Below are positions 1 through 14,360 of a stretch of DNA of 64,000 nt, in pieces. The notes beneath the pieces are model-generated. The model was not told where the DNA came from. It ran no database searches and saw only the letters and a program-made list of their open reading frames with translations. The DNA is taken from positions 39,184,001 through 39,248,000 of the forward strand of contig OX597821.1 of assembly GCA_951406725.2 (NCBI GenBank), in the 5' to 3' direction. A program made the translations under genes and the position numbers. The DNA is from Octopus vulgaris. Its lineage: Eukaryota. Positions within the stretch are counted from its first letter, which is position 1. Every line of letters begins with the position of its first letter.

Positions 1-1854
1 TCTGTATCATTCCTGTTTTTTTTGTTGTTGTTATTTTAAGGAGCCTTCCATTGTTTCATAAATAATAATCAAAATTATTCCTTAATTAATATATCTTTTT
101 GTCACAGGAGTCTTTCTTTGAGATTGTGAAGTATGATTTGAGGGAGATTTAGTTGCTGTTTAGTTGAAAACCCTGAAATTGGTATTAAGTGAGGAGTAAA
201 GAGATATGAATCCTGAATATAAACAAAATGGTAAATGGCTGGTCAGTAAAACAGGGTTTGTCATCAATAAATTAAGATGGTGGATTATTGATAGTAACTC
301 CTCGCTTATCCTCTATATTCTGTTTAATCTCTTATATCATCTTAATAAAATATTCTTAGTATTTAACCAACCTTAATCTTTGATCTCTTTTTTTTTCTGT
401 GTTTGCAAGTGTATATGACTGCTTGAATTTAAGAATCTAAATTATGCTAATTAAATTCTCATTTCATATTTTTCTCACCAAAAACAAAAAAAAACAAAAT
501 GCATGTCCTGCAGAAGATAGCCCATAGTAGTGAAAATTGGGTTCATAATTATATCATTATCATCTTCAACAAGAATTATTTTACCATTCCAATAAATTTA
601 AATGATAAAATTTGCTCTGTAAAATAAGGGATTAATTTAAGTCAGCAAAGATAAGCAAGCCTCCTGACCACAGATGGCTTCTTGATGAGAAATCACTTCT
701 TAGCATGCTTAATATTATCGTATAGTAGTTTACTTATAAATCTTACAATCCTTGTTCAATAACATTGACTGACATTTAGAAATTTCTGGTCAAGGGAAAA
801 GTACTGGAGCTACTTCCTGGACCTGTCTACTCTTTTAGTTTTTATATTCCCAAGGTACTTACATTTACAGTTAAGTGAACTGAACCAGCAAGAGTAAAGT
901 GTCTTGACTGTTAAGTCAATGAAATGCCAATGATCCACTCAGTTTATGCATGTCTACCTCTGACATTAAAATATATTTCGATTCCGTGTAATGTCAGAGA
1001 CAAATTTAGAATATAAACATTTCAAGTCTACCTTCTGGCTTCATTTTCATACATCAGTTATACTTTTTGCATTCCACACTTATTTTTTTACTTCTAAATC
1101 ATTAATTTTCTTTTAAAGTTTTATTCCTTTCAGAAATATCAAAATAAAAAATAGTTTGAAAATATTTTAGCATGTCTCTTTTTAATATATTTTCCTTGTA
1201 CTGCCTGAAGTCATCAGGAGAAAAATCGAAAAATTGTACTTCCCTTGCTTTCTAGATAGAAACTAACATTTTGTATTAACGTTTAAATGTTTTTCTAAGT
1301 TTATATAGTTTCTCAAGGAAAAATAATTTCCATTCTAAATATCTCTATACAAGCCTCTCATTGAAAGGATTCCATCTTCAGTAGAGTCAATGTAAACTTC
1401 AGTTTCCCTCGATAATGATCAACAGAACAGAAAGTATCCTACAACTGTAATGCATTGTGGCATTGTTAACAATTGTTGACTATCCAAACCAAAGAGATAG
1501 AAATATTAGATTCTTATGGAGGACACTAGTTTGATGTTGTTAAGAAAGGAGGAGAGGTAATATCAGTAGAATTTAGAATATCAGGAAAATGTTCAACTAA
1601 TATACATCTATGTATGTTCTCAAATGTGATGCACCAACAGAATCATGTGAGCAGAGTTCCTGGGGTCCTGGTGTTCTGCAAGAAATTGCTAGGGGTTCAT
1701 GAGAAATATTAATAAATTATCTAATTATATGCAAATGCAATTTTGAGTTATTCAATTATACACGCACAATAAATTTCTCAAGTTAGGAAAATCCTTTGAT
1801 ATGTAAAGTAGTAAAGGGACCCTATGGGAATTGTAAGGGAATTCGGTCTAAACA

Positions 1855-2262
1855 TGTATTTATTTATTGCCCATAGGGGGCTAAACATAGAGGAGACAAA
1901 CAAAGGGATTAAGTCAATTACATCGACCCCAGTGCATAACTGGTACTTATTTAATTGACCCTGAAAGGATGAAAGGCAAAGTCGACCTCAATGGAATTTG
2001 AACTCAGAATGTAACAGCAGATGAAATACCTATTTCTTTACTACCCACAATGGGCTAAACACAGAGGGGACAAACAAGGACAGAGACACAGATTAAGTTG
2101 AATATATCGACCCCAGTGCGTAACTGGTACTTATTTAATTGACCCCAAAAGGATGAAAGGCAAAGTCGATCTCGGCAGAATTTGAACTCAAAACGTAGCG
2201 GCAGACGAAATACTGCTAAGCATTTGGCCTGGCTTGCTAATTATTCTCTCAGCTTGCCGTCT
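1855..2262 (-). mobile_element. tRNA-derived SINE, family A (CORE-type), with tandemly duplicated 3' part
   Basis: Reverse complement matches the copy at 48379-48614 (GAGTTCAAATTC B-box-like head, GTCGACTTTGCCTTTCATCCTTT core). The 3' portion is present twice. Flanked by the direct repeat GGTCTAA (1845-1851, 2266-2272), a probable TSD. Confidence 0.85.
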
Positions 2263-5200
2263 TTTGGTCTAAGTGGTGAAGACAAAATTTCTTAAATGTT
2301 TTCTGTGTCATTTGATGGAGTTTGTTTATAAAGACAGTTTCATGATTTGCTTAATCTGTTATGAAATTTAACTTTATGAGAAAGAGCCAAAGAGATTAAT
2401 TAAAAGATGTAATGATTTTATATAACACTACTCAGCGACATAAAATGTATTGTAAGAGTTGTCCAAAAATACAGAGGCTGGGAAATGTTTCATTAAAGTC
2501 AATATCTCCTCATGAAACATTTTTTTTTAATCCTTGCTTGCCTTGGACAGGTCTTCTCCAACACAGCATCGCACCATTTGTTGCTGTTCCTGTATCTCCT
2601 TCGTGAGGTTCAGCCCCTGAAGATCAGGCCTTACCACTTTGTCTCATGAGCTCGTGGGTTTCCTCCTTCACAGATTCCTTCCACTTGGATTTCATACTGG
2701 ATTAAATACCATGGTATTGTAGTCCTTTTCATTTTAAATACTACAACAAATTTGTTTTCTAATCCTTCCAGCACTGATTATAGAAAGTACTGGTGATATA
2801 CTGCTGTCAGTTTAATTAACCAGATGAAAGTCTGCTTTAATGGAGATGGTGTAGTTAATTAAACTGTGGGGCTTTGGGCTGAAGTTAACAAAAGATATTA
2901 TTAGGTGTTCAAAAAATGAGAAAATGACAGTTTTAGTTGACCTTCACCTTCTTGTGACTCATACGGTTCTGCCATTATGATAAGGGGGAAAACTAATTTC
3001 ATGAGTAGCATCTGTTTTGATAATAAAAGACAAAATTTTCTTTTTAGTAGAAACCAGACAAATTATGGCACCATCAGCTAGAGAAAATCTTGCACCAAAT
3101 CATTTTCAAAAAGAATGAACTGATCCATTTGGCATTGTGCAAGAAGAACGCAAACAAATGTTGTGATTGCTTATTATTTCGATGTAGCGAAAGCTGTTCA
3201 AGAAGCTGAAGTTGTTCCAGAGTCGGGTGTAATTCTCCATGTGAAATCACAGAGACTCACAACTTCATAAAATTTAGACTATATCTACATGTGTTTTTAT
3301 GTAAGTTTGGATTTCTTCATCCATCAGATTTAAATAGCTTCAAAAGATTGCTATCATCATCATCGTTAGTTTTGGCCTGCAAAATTTGGCTTGTATGCTG
3401 TGGTAAGCAACGCTTATCATTACACCTCTATCTTATTAGCTTCATATTGTTGGTCCATTTTAAAATATTTGTTTGCTGTTTGGTTGTGAGTTTATAAACT
3501 CACAAATCTCAACTCTTCATCATCATCATCATTTAGCATCCGCTTTCCATGCTAGCATGGAAATTAATTAGTTTCATCCATGACACGAACACCTGACTGA
3601 CGTACAAACACCCCAAACACCCTTCATCTCTTCCCAATTTCAACATCTATTCATCTATTACCAACTCTGCACTTGTTGGGTCGAATGACTTCGGCCTTAA
3701 GACTACTCCCTACATACCTACAACCTCTTCACTTTCTGGACCCTGTAACACTTCTATCCATCTGATTAGCCAAGGCTCCCCCATCTCTATCAATGCATGA
3801 CAGAGTTAACTCCTGTACTTGTTAAACACTTTATTCTCTCCTTCTCTCAAATGAATATTTCTTGATGTCTGGAAGTTCACAGCAGTGAGTACCATTCCAA
3901 TTAAATGGTCACTTCTCATACTCCTTTGACTATCACAACTATTTCCAGCATCTCAAATATGAACAGACAGTCGTTACTGATAACCTTCTTCTCTCACCTT
4001 AATCTACTTTCCTCCATCAATCATTTTGAATAGAGTCTTATGAAGTTACTTTTAGTGGAAACAGACTCAACAAATATAGTGAAAATAGGGTTTGTTGGTA
4101 CCATCATCAACAAACCATTCAAGCATGTCTGGCCCATAAATCTCTTGGTGAAACCACATATCTACACGGTCCATTTATTTCCTGTCTTTTGTATTAGTGG
4201 CTTCTTGTTAGACTGTATCATTATGGAGGTTCTCTGGCCCCGTACACTACCACCTTGGGTATGCTTCAAGACTCAGCCTTTTCTTTTTATATTCTTGTTT
4301 ATCAACAACATGTTGCCATCACTCTAGCAATGACTACTTCTGTGCAGATGATACAATCTTTTGTTCTCTCTGACCATTCCAACCAAAGCATCATCCACAC
4401 TCAAACTGCGTACATCACACTGAATCCACATTTGAAAAGATACCTTAGGAACATCCTCGAATAGGGTCATATGAATTATGCCCCCTTCTACATCACAAAG
4501 ATAGTATGACTACACACATTTAGAAAAAAATATTATTACACCTCATCCCAACCTCTTACCATGAACAGTATGTTACTAGAACCCTCGCGGTTACTACAAC
4601 TTCTTGGTCTCCTTATTATTGAGGGTCTCTTGTGATGAACACACATGGAAATTGAAAACAAATCAAAACTTACCCAAACCCATCTTTCTTTTCAAGACCA
4701 GGAAATATTCAGCTGTTTACAGTGAATAAATTTCTACAAAACTCAAAGTGTGATCCACATTGGGAAACTGAATCCACACCCTGGATTGTGCTAATACAAA
4801 ATACAAACAGAAATCCAAAGAAGGGCAATCTTGACAGATAGGCCATAGATACACTGTCTCCCCCACCCCCTCTCTCTTCTATCACTGCATCAACATCCAT
4901 TGCTCTTCAAAACTAACTGATTTCATGCCCCATCCACTCTGACACTTTTTACTTATCCATCTTTCTCTTGTCACACATCGTTTTCTCCCTGGTCATGAGC
5001 TAACATTCTACCCATCCTTCCTCTCCCAGAATCTTGGCTCTCTTCCTTGCATATGGCTCCTTCCCTGCAAACCTCAGTTTGCCTCTTTTTGAGAGGAATG
5101 TTAACTTTCTCAATTTTAATGAGGGAAGGTCACAGCCTGATCCTCTTCCTGCAGAAGAATCTAAAATAAAACAAACAAACATTACAAACTGTTGAGTAGC

Positions 5201-6339
5201 ATTAATTGTAAATATTTGCTTCTATAAACTTACAAATGGTCCAGTTCTAATGCCAAGCAAAGAACCAGCTCACATATTTTATATCTCTGCATGATGGTTA
5301 TGTTGCTTGTTTACCAAAGCAGTTTCCTTCAATCTCACATGGAGGTCCATGAGGAATTATAGCTGCAAAATCATTCATTCAGTAATATATCTGTACTTGG
5401 TAACGGATGGAAGTGTTACTACTTAGAATAAAAAATATCAACGGGGATAGTGAACTGAGCCTATACACTGATGACATTTGTCAAACAGGCTTAAACAATT
5501 AGCAATTGCTTCAGAAGGTTCTCCAGATGAGGCATTAATCCTTATTGCCTAATGGCATTGATTAAGAAATAGTGAGATAGATCAGGATGATGACAATAGC
5601 AACAACAAAGGTGAGATGATGATGATGATGATGGTAATAATGGAACAATGATGAGAATGATGCTGCTTCTGCTGCTGCTGATTGTTGTTGTTGTTGTTAA
5701 GCAACAAGACGGGTAAGGGTGATTAGGTGATGGTCTAGGGCTTAGGGGTGGGAGACCCCAGACCTTGGAAAAAAAAAACTTTGGTCATCTTGTTGTAGTC
5801 GAGGTCTCTCTGTTGATGCCCGACACCACTGGGAGGTGGCCCTTGAAGTCGCTGGAAATGGAGATCTCCAGGTCCAAATTCTTGGATGGCTGCTGCTGCT
5901 GATGGTGGTGATGGTGATGATAACAACAATGATGATAATGATCTTCATCATCATGTCAAAGAAATACATTATCATTGAAGCTAATTCTTTTGGCCAGAAC
6001 TGCTGCGAGGTCAGTAAAGTGTTTGTTAAATCTGTGAAAGACTGGAAACTTTATGTAAACAACCTTAGAACAACGAAGAATAATTGCAACTAGATAAAAC
6101 TAAATCTCTCATTTGGTCACACATTACTTTCAGATCTGCAATGTCCTGATGTTTCATGCATTTATTTCGTTTCCACTCTAGTTACGGAGTTATTATCTTT
6201 TTTTGTCAGATTATTCTCAAATACTACGTGACAGTGACATGAAGAATTGTTCAAACTGAAAAGTTGTCAGTTTCTTAGAATTGGATTTTTCTCGAGTTAA
6301 AAGCAAATATGTATGTGTGCAAGTGTGTGACTCTGTGCT

Positions 6340-6374
<35 letters not shown>

Positions 6375-6960
6375 CTGTATGTCCATGTCCAGACCAATTA
6401 AAGAAGATATTACTGCATAGCTTCAGTAAGCTTCGAAACTGATTAAATATATGACAAGAGATATTAATTGTACGTAATTAGGCTAACATATAATGTATCC
6501 AGCCATTAAATCCCTCCCTAGCTGAGCGACAGCAAACAAAGAAGAACATAAAGGCAACAAAATGTAAAGAAAAGACACAATAAAAGAGGAAAACAATAAA
6601 ATATAACCATAGAGATAATGACTGATATTAAATGCTTTGGCTGCAAACGATTCTCAGAACATTTCGGCAATGGAACCAATTATACAGCTGCCAAAAAGAT
6701 TGTTTTGTCTATTACAAACAAAACCCAAATAATACAAACAAATGTCAATATTAAATCGCAATTATTATTCATATTCAAGAAATATTCTACAGACATAAAG
6801 TCTGTTGGTGCCATTTGCTATATTTCCAATACGATAAGTGCTTAAAGGCCTTTTAGTTATTTTCCTTCCATTATTTAAGAATTCTTGTAGTATATCATTG
6901 GAGTTACTTAACAACTGAGAGTGACAATTCAGACATGCATACACACTCATATGCAGTCAT

Positions 6961-7015
<55 letters not shown>

Positions 7016-7159
7016 TATAAATCTCTCTTTCTCTTGATATATACATATATTGTATATATATCTGCAGTATATGATATTATATATTACGTTTATTAAGTAA
7101 AAACAATTCACACACTCATGTAGTCAGTTGCATAGATGTGTATGTGATACATATATACC

Positions 7160-7242
<83 letters not shown>

Positions 7243-7422
7243 GTAAATGTTAGCTTCAACAGGTATATACTTTTGGTGTGTTTTTGATTAATCTTATTCT
7301 TGCAATATTAAAAAAAAATTCTTTATGGAATATTTTGTGGAAAACGTATGTTTGATTTCATAATTTTAACTTGATTTTTTAACTTAGCAAATATTTCCTC
7401 TGTATATATATGTGTGTGTATG

Positions 7423-7472
<50 letters not shown>

Positions 7473-8479
7473 CACACATATGCATGCACACATACACACA
7501 TGCACAGTGAAAGACAGACAGACTGGGAAGTATCTGTCCTCATTTTGATGGCATTTACCTTCTTCATTGTTAACATTTTTATGGTTCTACTCTGTGTGTT
7601 TAGTATAAAATCGTTGGCTACAATGTTGCTGTAATCATCATTATTGACAATATTGCTTTCACTGTCGTCTTGATGTTGTTGTTATTTTGTTTAAATTATG
7701 GGCATTCATTTATTGAAATTTAATGTGATTTCACTTGAATTGGGATATTGGCAGGTCATGCTGCATTAAATGGTTTCCCATAAAGAAGAGATTGAGAGGT
7801 TTCCTTCATATCCTGCTCAACACAAAACATTAGACATTAAATAGAATCAAAGAAACAGAGATAATTCAAATGCTTTCAAACCAATATGCTAGCAAAATTC
7901 TTTGAATCATATTTGCTCTCATGGAGTCTTGATTCTTGTTTCATATAGAAGTTACAAACACAGAATGAAGCTTCATTATTCTGTTATTCTGAGTTTAAAT
8001 TCCTCAAAACATTAAAAGATAGACTACTAAAAATGATGAAAGTTGTATCAGATATCATACTAACGGAAGTAATGATTGTAAAACTTAATAAAAATACACT
8101 GGTTCTCAGATGCCGAACAACACCACTATCCCTAAAACTAAATAATCTTTCGTTTTGGGATTTGGTTTGCAAGATTCTTTATATGAGTTCGCATGTTGAA
8201 GCATATTCTGTTGTGTCTGGGCAGAGTCATTTTCTTCTTGTACCTTATAATTCAACACACTCACTGGTAAAATTTCCACTTTTTTTCTTATTTTTATTGT
8301 TCTAAAATTTTCGTTGCGTCTTGCAACCTTTTCAATAGTTTTGACTATAATATTAATCTATAATATTAGATTAGCATTTTATTGTAGTATTTTCATATGC
8401 TTTTTTTCAATTGGAGGGAACTTTAGTGGTGGAGTGTCTCACCATTTTTTATGTTCTTTTGAAATAATCTTTCTGATAT

Positions 8480-8870
8480 TTCAGCCAATTGACATCAGTT
8501 CTCACCATTTCTGCCTATATCTTCCTAGGTTTCCCTTTTCCATAGTTTCTTTCTTCTTGGATCACCTGACATTTCTTAACTCAACTCTCACCTTTACACC
8601 AACACAGCCTTCCCTCTTCTTTGATACACAGTTATTTTTCTCAAGTCATTTGTGTCCCATCATTTATGCATTTTAATTCTACACATCCAGCTTTATCCCT
8701 ATCACACTGTCACACTTTTTGTATTCCCATCCCATGTTTCATTATCATCCAACACTGTACTTCATACACAAGTATCATACAATCTGCCATTTGCTTGGAG
8801 ATAATCCCATTATTGCCAACTGCTCCCTGAAATTTTCTTTCCTGTTCTTACTCCAGCAACTACACTTTTG
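8480..8870 (-). mobile_element. Degenerate RTE-clade LINE fragment (post-RT/thumb region)
   Basis: Minus-strand translation with stops gives SVVAGVRTG...NGRLYDTCV*STVLDDNETW, matching the RTE motif RVRTGW...KGRLYDACVRSAMLxGSETW. Confidence 0.6.
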
Positions 8871-10332
8871 AAACATTCATTTCCATTGCTAAATGGGAAA
8901 ATTTCAACAAATTCTAAGGAACTTTGGAAAGAATTTATTTGTATAAGAGCTTTTCTCTCATTGTTAATTACTCATGTACTTCTATAAGAAGCAAAGCCTT
9001 TTTGTCTGTCTGTGATATTTCTGCATTTTTGCACAGACTGGTAGTTTATATTTGGCTACATAATACAAAACAGCTTTCTCAGAGTTGTGAAATGTTAGGT
9101 ATAGAAGCTAATATTTTTTTTTTAAACCTTACCCTGCAGTTGGCTCACTAAGAAGAGAAAATTGTTGGTAATTCAACTCGACAGAAATCCAAACTCAATC
9201 TCATCCAAACTCTTTCAGTTCCTTTCACAAGCCCATCCATCAGTTTCATTGCCTGTGCAGAGGCATTCTTTTTGTTTACTTCCTTTGGATTTGTAGCTGT
9301 TGTTGATGATACTTCCTCACTAGTTATTGGCTGCCCAATCTGAGAGACGGTCCCTTTGTAGGTACTGTAGAGTTAATACCTATCGTCAATAAAATGGACA
9401 ATGTGCATGTGTAGGAGTTTGTGTCACTATTTTAACATCTGTGACAGTAGTAAATGAGAGTCACCATCTTACACATGTTGTTATTCATTTCTAATCTTTT
9501 GTGAAAACGTTTTGTCATGGAGAAATATTACCTGGCTGAGGCTGATGACAAGAATGCTGTCTGGCCACAGGACATTTTCAATTAACATTTCTCATTGACC
9601 CATGCAAGCATGAGAAAGGGATGATGATGATGATGATGATGATGATCTTAGAGACACAAAATCAAACATTTTCAGGTTTTTTCAATTATAATGTTATTTC
9701 TGAATGGTCAAATTCCATTTTTCCCGTGAATTTCAGAATGAAGTTTTTGCCAGTATAAACAAGTTTACCTGACATCTGGTTTTACATGGTACACCATACA
9801 GGCATACATCATATATGTTTTTGTCAACTAAATTCCACTCACAAGATAATGGCCACCCTGAGACTATAACAGAAGGCACATCCTCAAGTAACCATTTAGG
9901 GAAACTGACCATGGAATCCTGTGTTTGTGAAGTAAATTTCTTAACACCCAACAATTACAGGATATTCTAAACGTTTAAACATGCAAGGCACACTACATCA
10001 TGTACGATTTTGTTTGTCCATATTCCTGAGGAATGCAAAAGCAGACAGTAACATGCTCAATATGTTAGCAGAAACACAAAACCACATAGATGCCTACTTT
10101 CATATCTTCCAGGGATGAAACTGTACTCACTGAAGCATACCCTCAGGTTCCAAGGGTTAAGAATTTCCCTGAGTGTGACTACTATGTGATTGAGTGACAG
10201 TTTGATGTTTCTCAAGTACAATTGTCTCATGGTATCGGCAGTTTCACACAATGCAACTATCAAATTATTGTTGGTGTTCACTCATTTCTCTCACTGCTGC
10301 TATCAGACAATTGATTACTTGAGTATTTGAAA

Positions 10333-10556
10333 TTCTTTAGCATTTCAACCAACCACATCTAATCCAAATATTCAACCTGTTTTATATTTAAGCCATTCAG
10401 ATCTAGCTTTTTTTTTTTTACTCCCACCTTTCAATATCTAAAAATATGCAATCACATCATCAAAATCTTGAAGCAGCAAGATAATTCCTGATTAATTCAA
10501 AACAATGGGAATAAATAAGCATTACATGTGACAAAGTAATCTGACTGCAAAAAGTT
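10333..10556. mobile_element. Degenerate MITE, probably piggyBac-type
   Basis: Decayed termini (ctttagcattt ... gactgcaaaaagtt) resemble TTAA-CCCTTTAGCATT-type TIRs. TSDs are not clean. Confidence 0.4.
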
Positions 10557-11051
10557 CTCTACATAAATCATGTGTACGATATTTATTAATTGCTTGTGGG
10601 GACACTGTCTTTTATTATGCAACCGTGATATACTATAAAATTTATATTAAAAGCTAATATGTCAATACTCAGTTCTGTGTTAGCAATGCAATTCAATCAC
10701 TATCTAATGTTATCTTGATAGATTTTCTGTAGAAATTAGAGCCAGCCCTGTTTTGTATGTGAATATGTCTATGTAAATAATGCGACCAAAGATAGACAAA
10801 TAGGTAATGGGTGTCTATGCGTATTTCAGGAGTTCTTAAACATTCTTTAGTTCCACAAACCCAACCCATCTACAAACCACTGACCATCTACAAAGACATT
10901 GCTTAAATAGCTTTACGAAATTTAGTGGTGTGACACAACTGGATACAGCAATTTTACATATTAACACATTCCTCACAACTGGTACATACACACACACACA
11001 CACACATGCTCATACATACACTCATATATCCACTCAAAATTTTATTACCAT

Positions 11052-11690
11052 TCATCATCATCGTCATCGTTTAACGTCCACTTTTCATGCTGGCATGGGT
11101 TGGCCTGTTTGACTCAGGGCTGGCAAGCCAGAAGGCTGCACCAGGCTCCAATCCAATCGGGCAAAGTTTCTACAGCTGGATGCCCTTCCTAACGCCAACC
11201 ACTCTGAGAGTGTAGTGGGTGCTTTTACATGCCACTGGCATGAGGACCAGTCAAGCGGTTCTGGCAATGACCACACTCAAAAGGTGTTTTTTACATGCTA
11301 CTTGCATGGGAGCCAGTCCAGTGGTACTGGCAATGACCATGCTTGAATGTTGTTTTTCATGTGCCACTGGCACATGTGCCAGTAAGGCAATACTGGCAAC
11401 AATCACACTCAAATGGTGCTTTTCACATGCCATCAGCACAGGAGCCAATCTGTGGCCCTGGCAATGATCACGCTCGGATGTGCTCTTAACATTCCACTGG
11501 CACAAGTGCCAATCAGGTGGTACTGTCATCAGCCACGTCAGCGATTTTGATTTGTTTTCACTTGCCTCAATAGGTCTTCGCATGCAATGAGGAGTACCCA
11601 TAAGTGGGCCGGTTACACCCCATGCTCAGATATGCTTTTAACGTTCCACTGGCATAAATGCCAATCAGGTGGTACTGTCATCAGCCATGT
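11052..11690 (-). mobile_element. SINE family C with (GAT)n tail and internal ~55-bp minisatellite
   Basis: Starts (CAT)n CGTTTAACGTCC, carries GGATGCCCTTCCTAACGCC, then tandem GTGCTTTT..GTGCCACTGGCAC units. Other copies at 18790-19190, 20050-20205, 25888-26150, 28178-28600, 33951-34410, 37350-37535, 55432-55760 and 58290-58500. Confidence 0.85.
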
Positions 11691-12303
11691 ATTAATTTAT
11701 AATTCTCTAAAGTATGTCATATTTGGAACTATCTTTTACTGAGGTGTATCATGTTTATTGTGTGGCAACATGACTTACAGAAAAAAAAAACGATTGCAAT
11801 TTTTTGTGAATAATTAACGTCATTACAAGAATGACCATGAAATTTAATTATGCAGTTAAAGGGTTAAAGAAATTCAGAATTTAATATTTGCTGGAAGGGA
11901 AGAATTCACTGATAACATTCTGCCTTAGCAATACTTTCTTCTCTAATGAAGATACAGAGGTTTGAAGAATACACATGGAACTGATGAGAAAACGTAAGTT
12001 TTCTATTTGCTTGGTAAAGAAATAATTATATTTGATTTGCTTGTAGAGATTTTCTGAGAATATTTCCCTCTATAATTTTCATTTGATTTAGTTTGTGTGT
12101 TTGTGTGCATGCATACTTCTTGCTTCCCTGCGGAAATGATAAAGAAATAATAAGTTATCAGAAATAATCCCCTAGAAATAATTGCACCTTTCCATAAAAG
12201 TTATGAAAAATTGATAATAATGATATTTTTAATTATATGACCATAGTAGTGACAATAATCATTGTATTTTATAATATTTGATGGAAATAAATTCTATCGC
12301 CCA

Positions 12304-12364
<61 letters not shown>

Positions 12365-12589
12365 CTTTCTTTTATTAGCCACAAGGACTTGGAAGAGGTA
12401 CAAAAATATGAAACTTTCTGTAGGGGTTTCAAAGAAAATTGAAGTGGTATGAAGGACAAATATACAAGTTAGAAAGGCAAGGGTTGAGAGATGTTATACA
12501 TAATACGAATAGATGTATTACATGGATATACATAACAAAAAAAAATATGATAATAACCACAATAAATCATACAAGTTATAATTAGAAGC

Positions 12590-12775
12590 AATAATCGCAG
12601 CCTGCAATTTTGGGAAAGTGGATCTAGTTGGTTGCATCAAACCCAGTACTCATTGACCCCAAAAGGATGAAAGATAAAATCAACCTCAGTGGGATTTGAA
12701 CTCACAATGTAAAAGTAGACAAAATGCTAGTAAGCATCTTGTCCAACGGGTCAACAGTTCTACCAGCTCACCTTA
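12590..12775 (-). mobile_element. SINE family A, degenerate copy
   Basis: AAAAGGATGAAAG..AAATCAACCTC..GGATTTGAACTC aligns to the reverse complement of the family A core. Confidence 0.7.
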
Positions 12776-13481
12776 GTGAAGAAAAAAAGGTTGATAGAGG
12801 ACACTACATGACCCTTATTAACCACTTTTGAACTGACTATGGGTACAATCTAATGCACTAGAAAAACATTTCATGTTGAAAAACACCAACTGGATATGCT
12901 TATCTTTTGCATCTTGTTTATAATCTGAATCTAATTATTTTGTGTCATCCTGAAATTTTTAGAAAATTCATAGCACCATAGATACATAATTTTGTACATT
13001 AATTGCTTGCTCAAAGGACAAGGAATCTTAGTTCCTTTTTTGTCCCTTCCATTCTCATCATTATTTTATTGTTGTTCTGTTTCAATTCTTCAAACTGCCC
13101 CAATTTTTTTTTTTGTTTTACTTTGAGTCATCTCTTTTTGAGCTCATGTTTTCTCTAACCATTTATAGGTTTTCTATTAGTAAATATTATTTCTTCCCCA
13201 TCACACAAAGATGGTGTGGTATTACTGGTTGATGTTTGTTAAGGTATGTGGCAGTTTTCTCATCTATTTCTTATAACTGAGCATAAAGGGATTTCTCTTG
13301 CCATCACCAGATTTTTGACTGCTATTGCTCAGGAAATTTGGGTTTGTTATTCTTTTTAACTGCTCACCTATTCTGGGATACAAATAGGATACCTAGCCAT
13401 GAATCTACGCCATTCTGACTTATCTTCACTCTTGTATTTCTTTGACATGTGTAAAAATAATGATGATGATGATGATGATGG

Positions 13482-14065
13482 GCAATGCCATTATTGAGAT
13501 ACTCTGCCTGCTTTCTAAAATGGACAAAGATCAAGCTCCAGAACTTGGATAGAAGAACGAGAAAACTGCCAACAATGCACAACACACTCCATCCTAAAAG
13601 TAATGCTGATTAATTCTATCTGCCACGAAAGGAAGGTGGCAGAGGAATACAAATTCAAAACGTTGAAGACACGTTTTGTATTTGTGATACAGGGTCTGAA
13701 AGATGATGTTGAACAGAGAAAAGAAAGAATGCTTTTGGCAGCCAGAGACACTGAAAAAAGGGACTGAAACAATGGAAGAATACAAAGAGAAAAGGAAGAA
13801 CAACAGAATGAACAAATGGAAAGAAATGAAACTGCATGGACAAGTCATGCAACTAACTGCACTTTTGTTAGTTGCATGCCTGAAGCCTGTTGATAGAGAA
13901 AGAACTTGAACGAAGAATTAGAAACGTTGATTATTATAACCACTCAAGAACAAACCCTTAGAATTATAAGTCTGATAAAAGCAAAGATTAACAAAACTCA
14001 GTCAGGCAGCAAATGAAGAATCTTCAGGAAAGGAGATGGGAGTATCAATCACATTTAGTGTAATG
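13482..14065 (+). mobile_element. R4/Dong-clade LINE fragment (thumb to zinc knuckle), pseudogenised
   Basis: Translation across stops and frameshifts: RYSACFLKWTKIKLQNLDRRTRKLPTMHNTLHPKSNAD*FYLPRKEGGRG ... KWKEMKLHGQ ... ETLIIITTQEQTLR..IKAKINKTQSGSK*RIFRKGDGSINHI. These are characteristic R4/Dong motifs (LHPKSDVDRLYLPRKEGGRG; AAQDQ..IKAKIDK..CRLC..E.I.HI). Confidence 0.9.
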
Positions 14066-14114
14066 TTAATGATGATGATGATGACGATGATGCTGATGAT
14101 GAGGAGGTGCAGGA

Positions 14115-14313
14115 TGAGCTATTCAACCCTAAAGAAATTTTAACTGGGCCCCACCTACAAAGCCATGTACCATTTATCCTGATATGAGATCATCATGTCG
14201 TGCACATATGGTTGTGATGCATGTGCATGGTGTTTCATTATTAGATGGGTATATTGGACTTTGCATATTTGAACCCCAGTGCCACTTTCATGACACGCAC
14301 TGCTCTCTCACTC

Positions 14314-14314
<1 letters not shown>
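14115..14314 (+). mobile_element. Family D (AAT-flanked non-coding element), 5'-truncated copy
   Basis: Aligns with the 3' third of the copy at 14361-14900 and ends CTCTCTCACTCA(ATA)n. Confidence 0.8.
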
Positions 14315-14356
<42 letters not shown>

Positions 14357-14360
14357 GCTA

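Noticed and set aside
3600-4660. Possible old LINE remnant on the minus strand
   Set aside because: Composition is suggestive, but I could not recover a diagnostic motif in any frame.
11975-12003. CTGATGAGAAAACGTA as a hammerhead core
   Set aside because: No stem II between CUGAUGA and GAAA, so probably chance.
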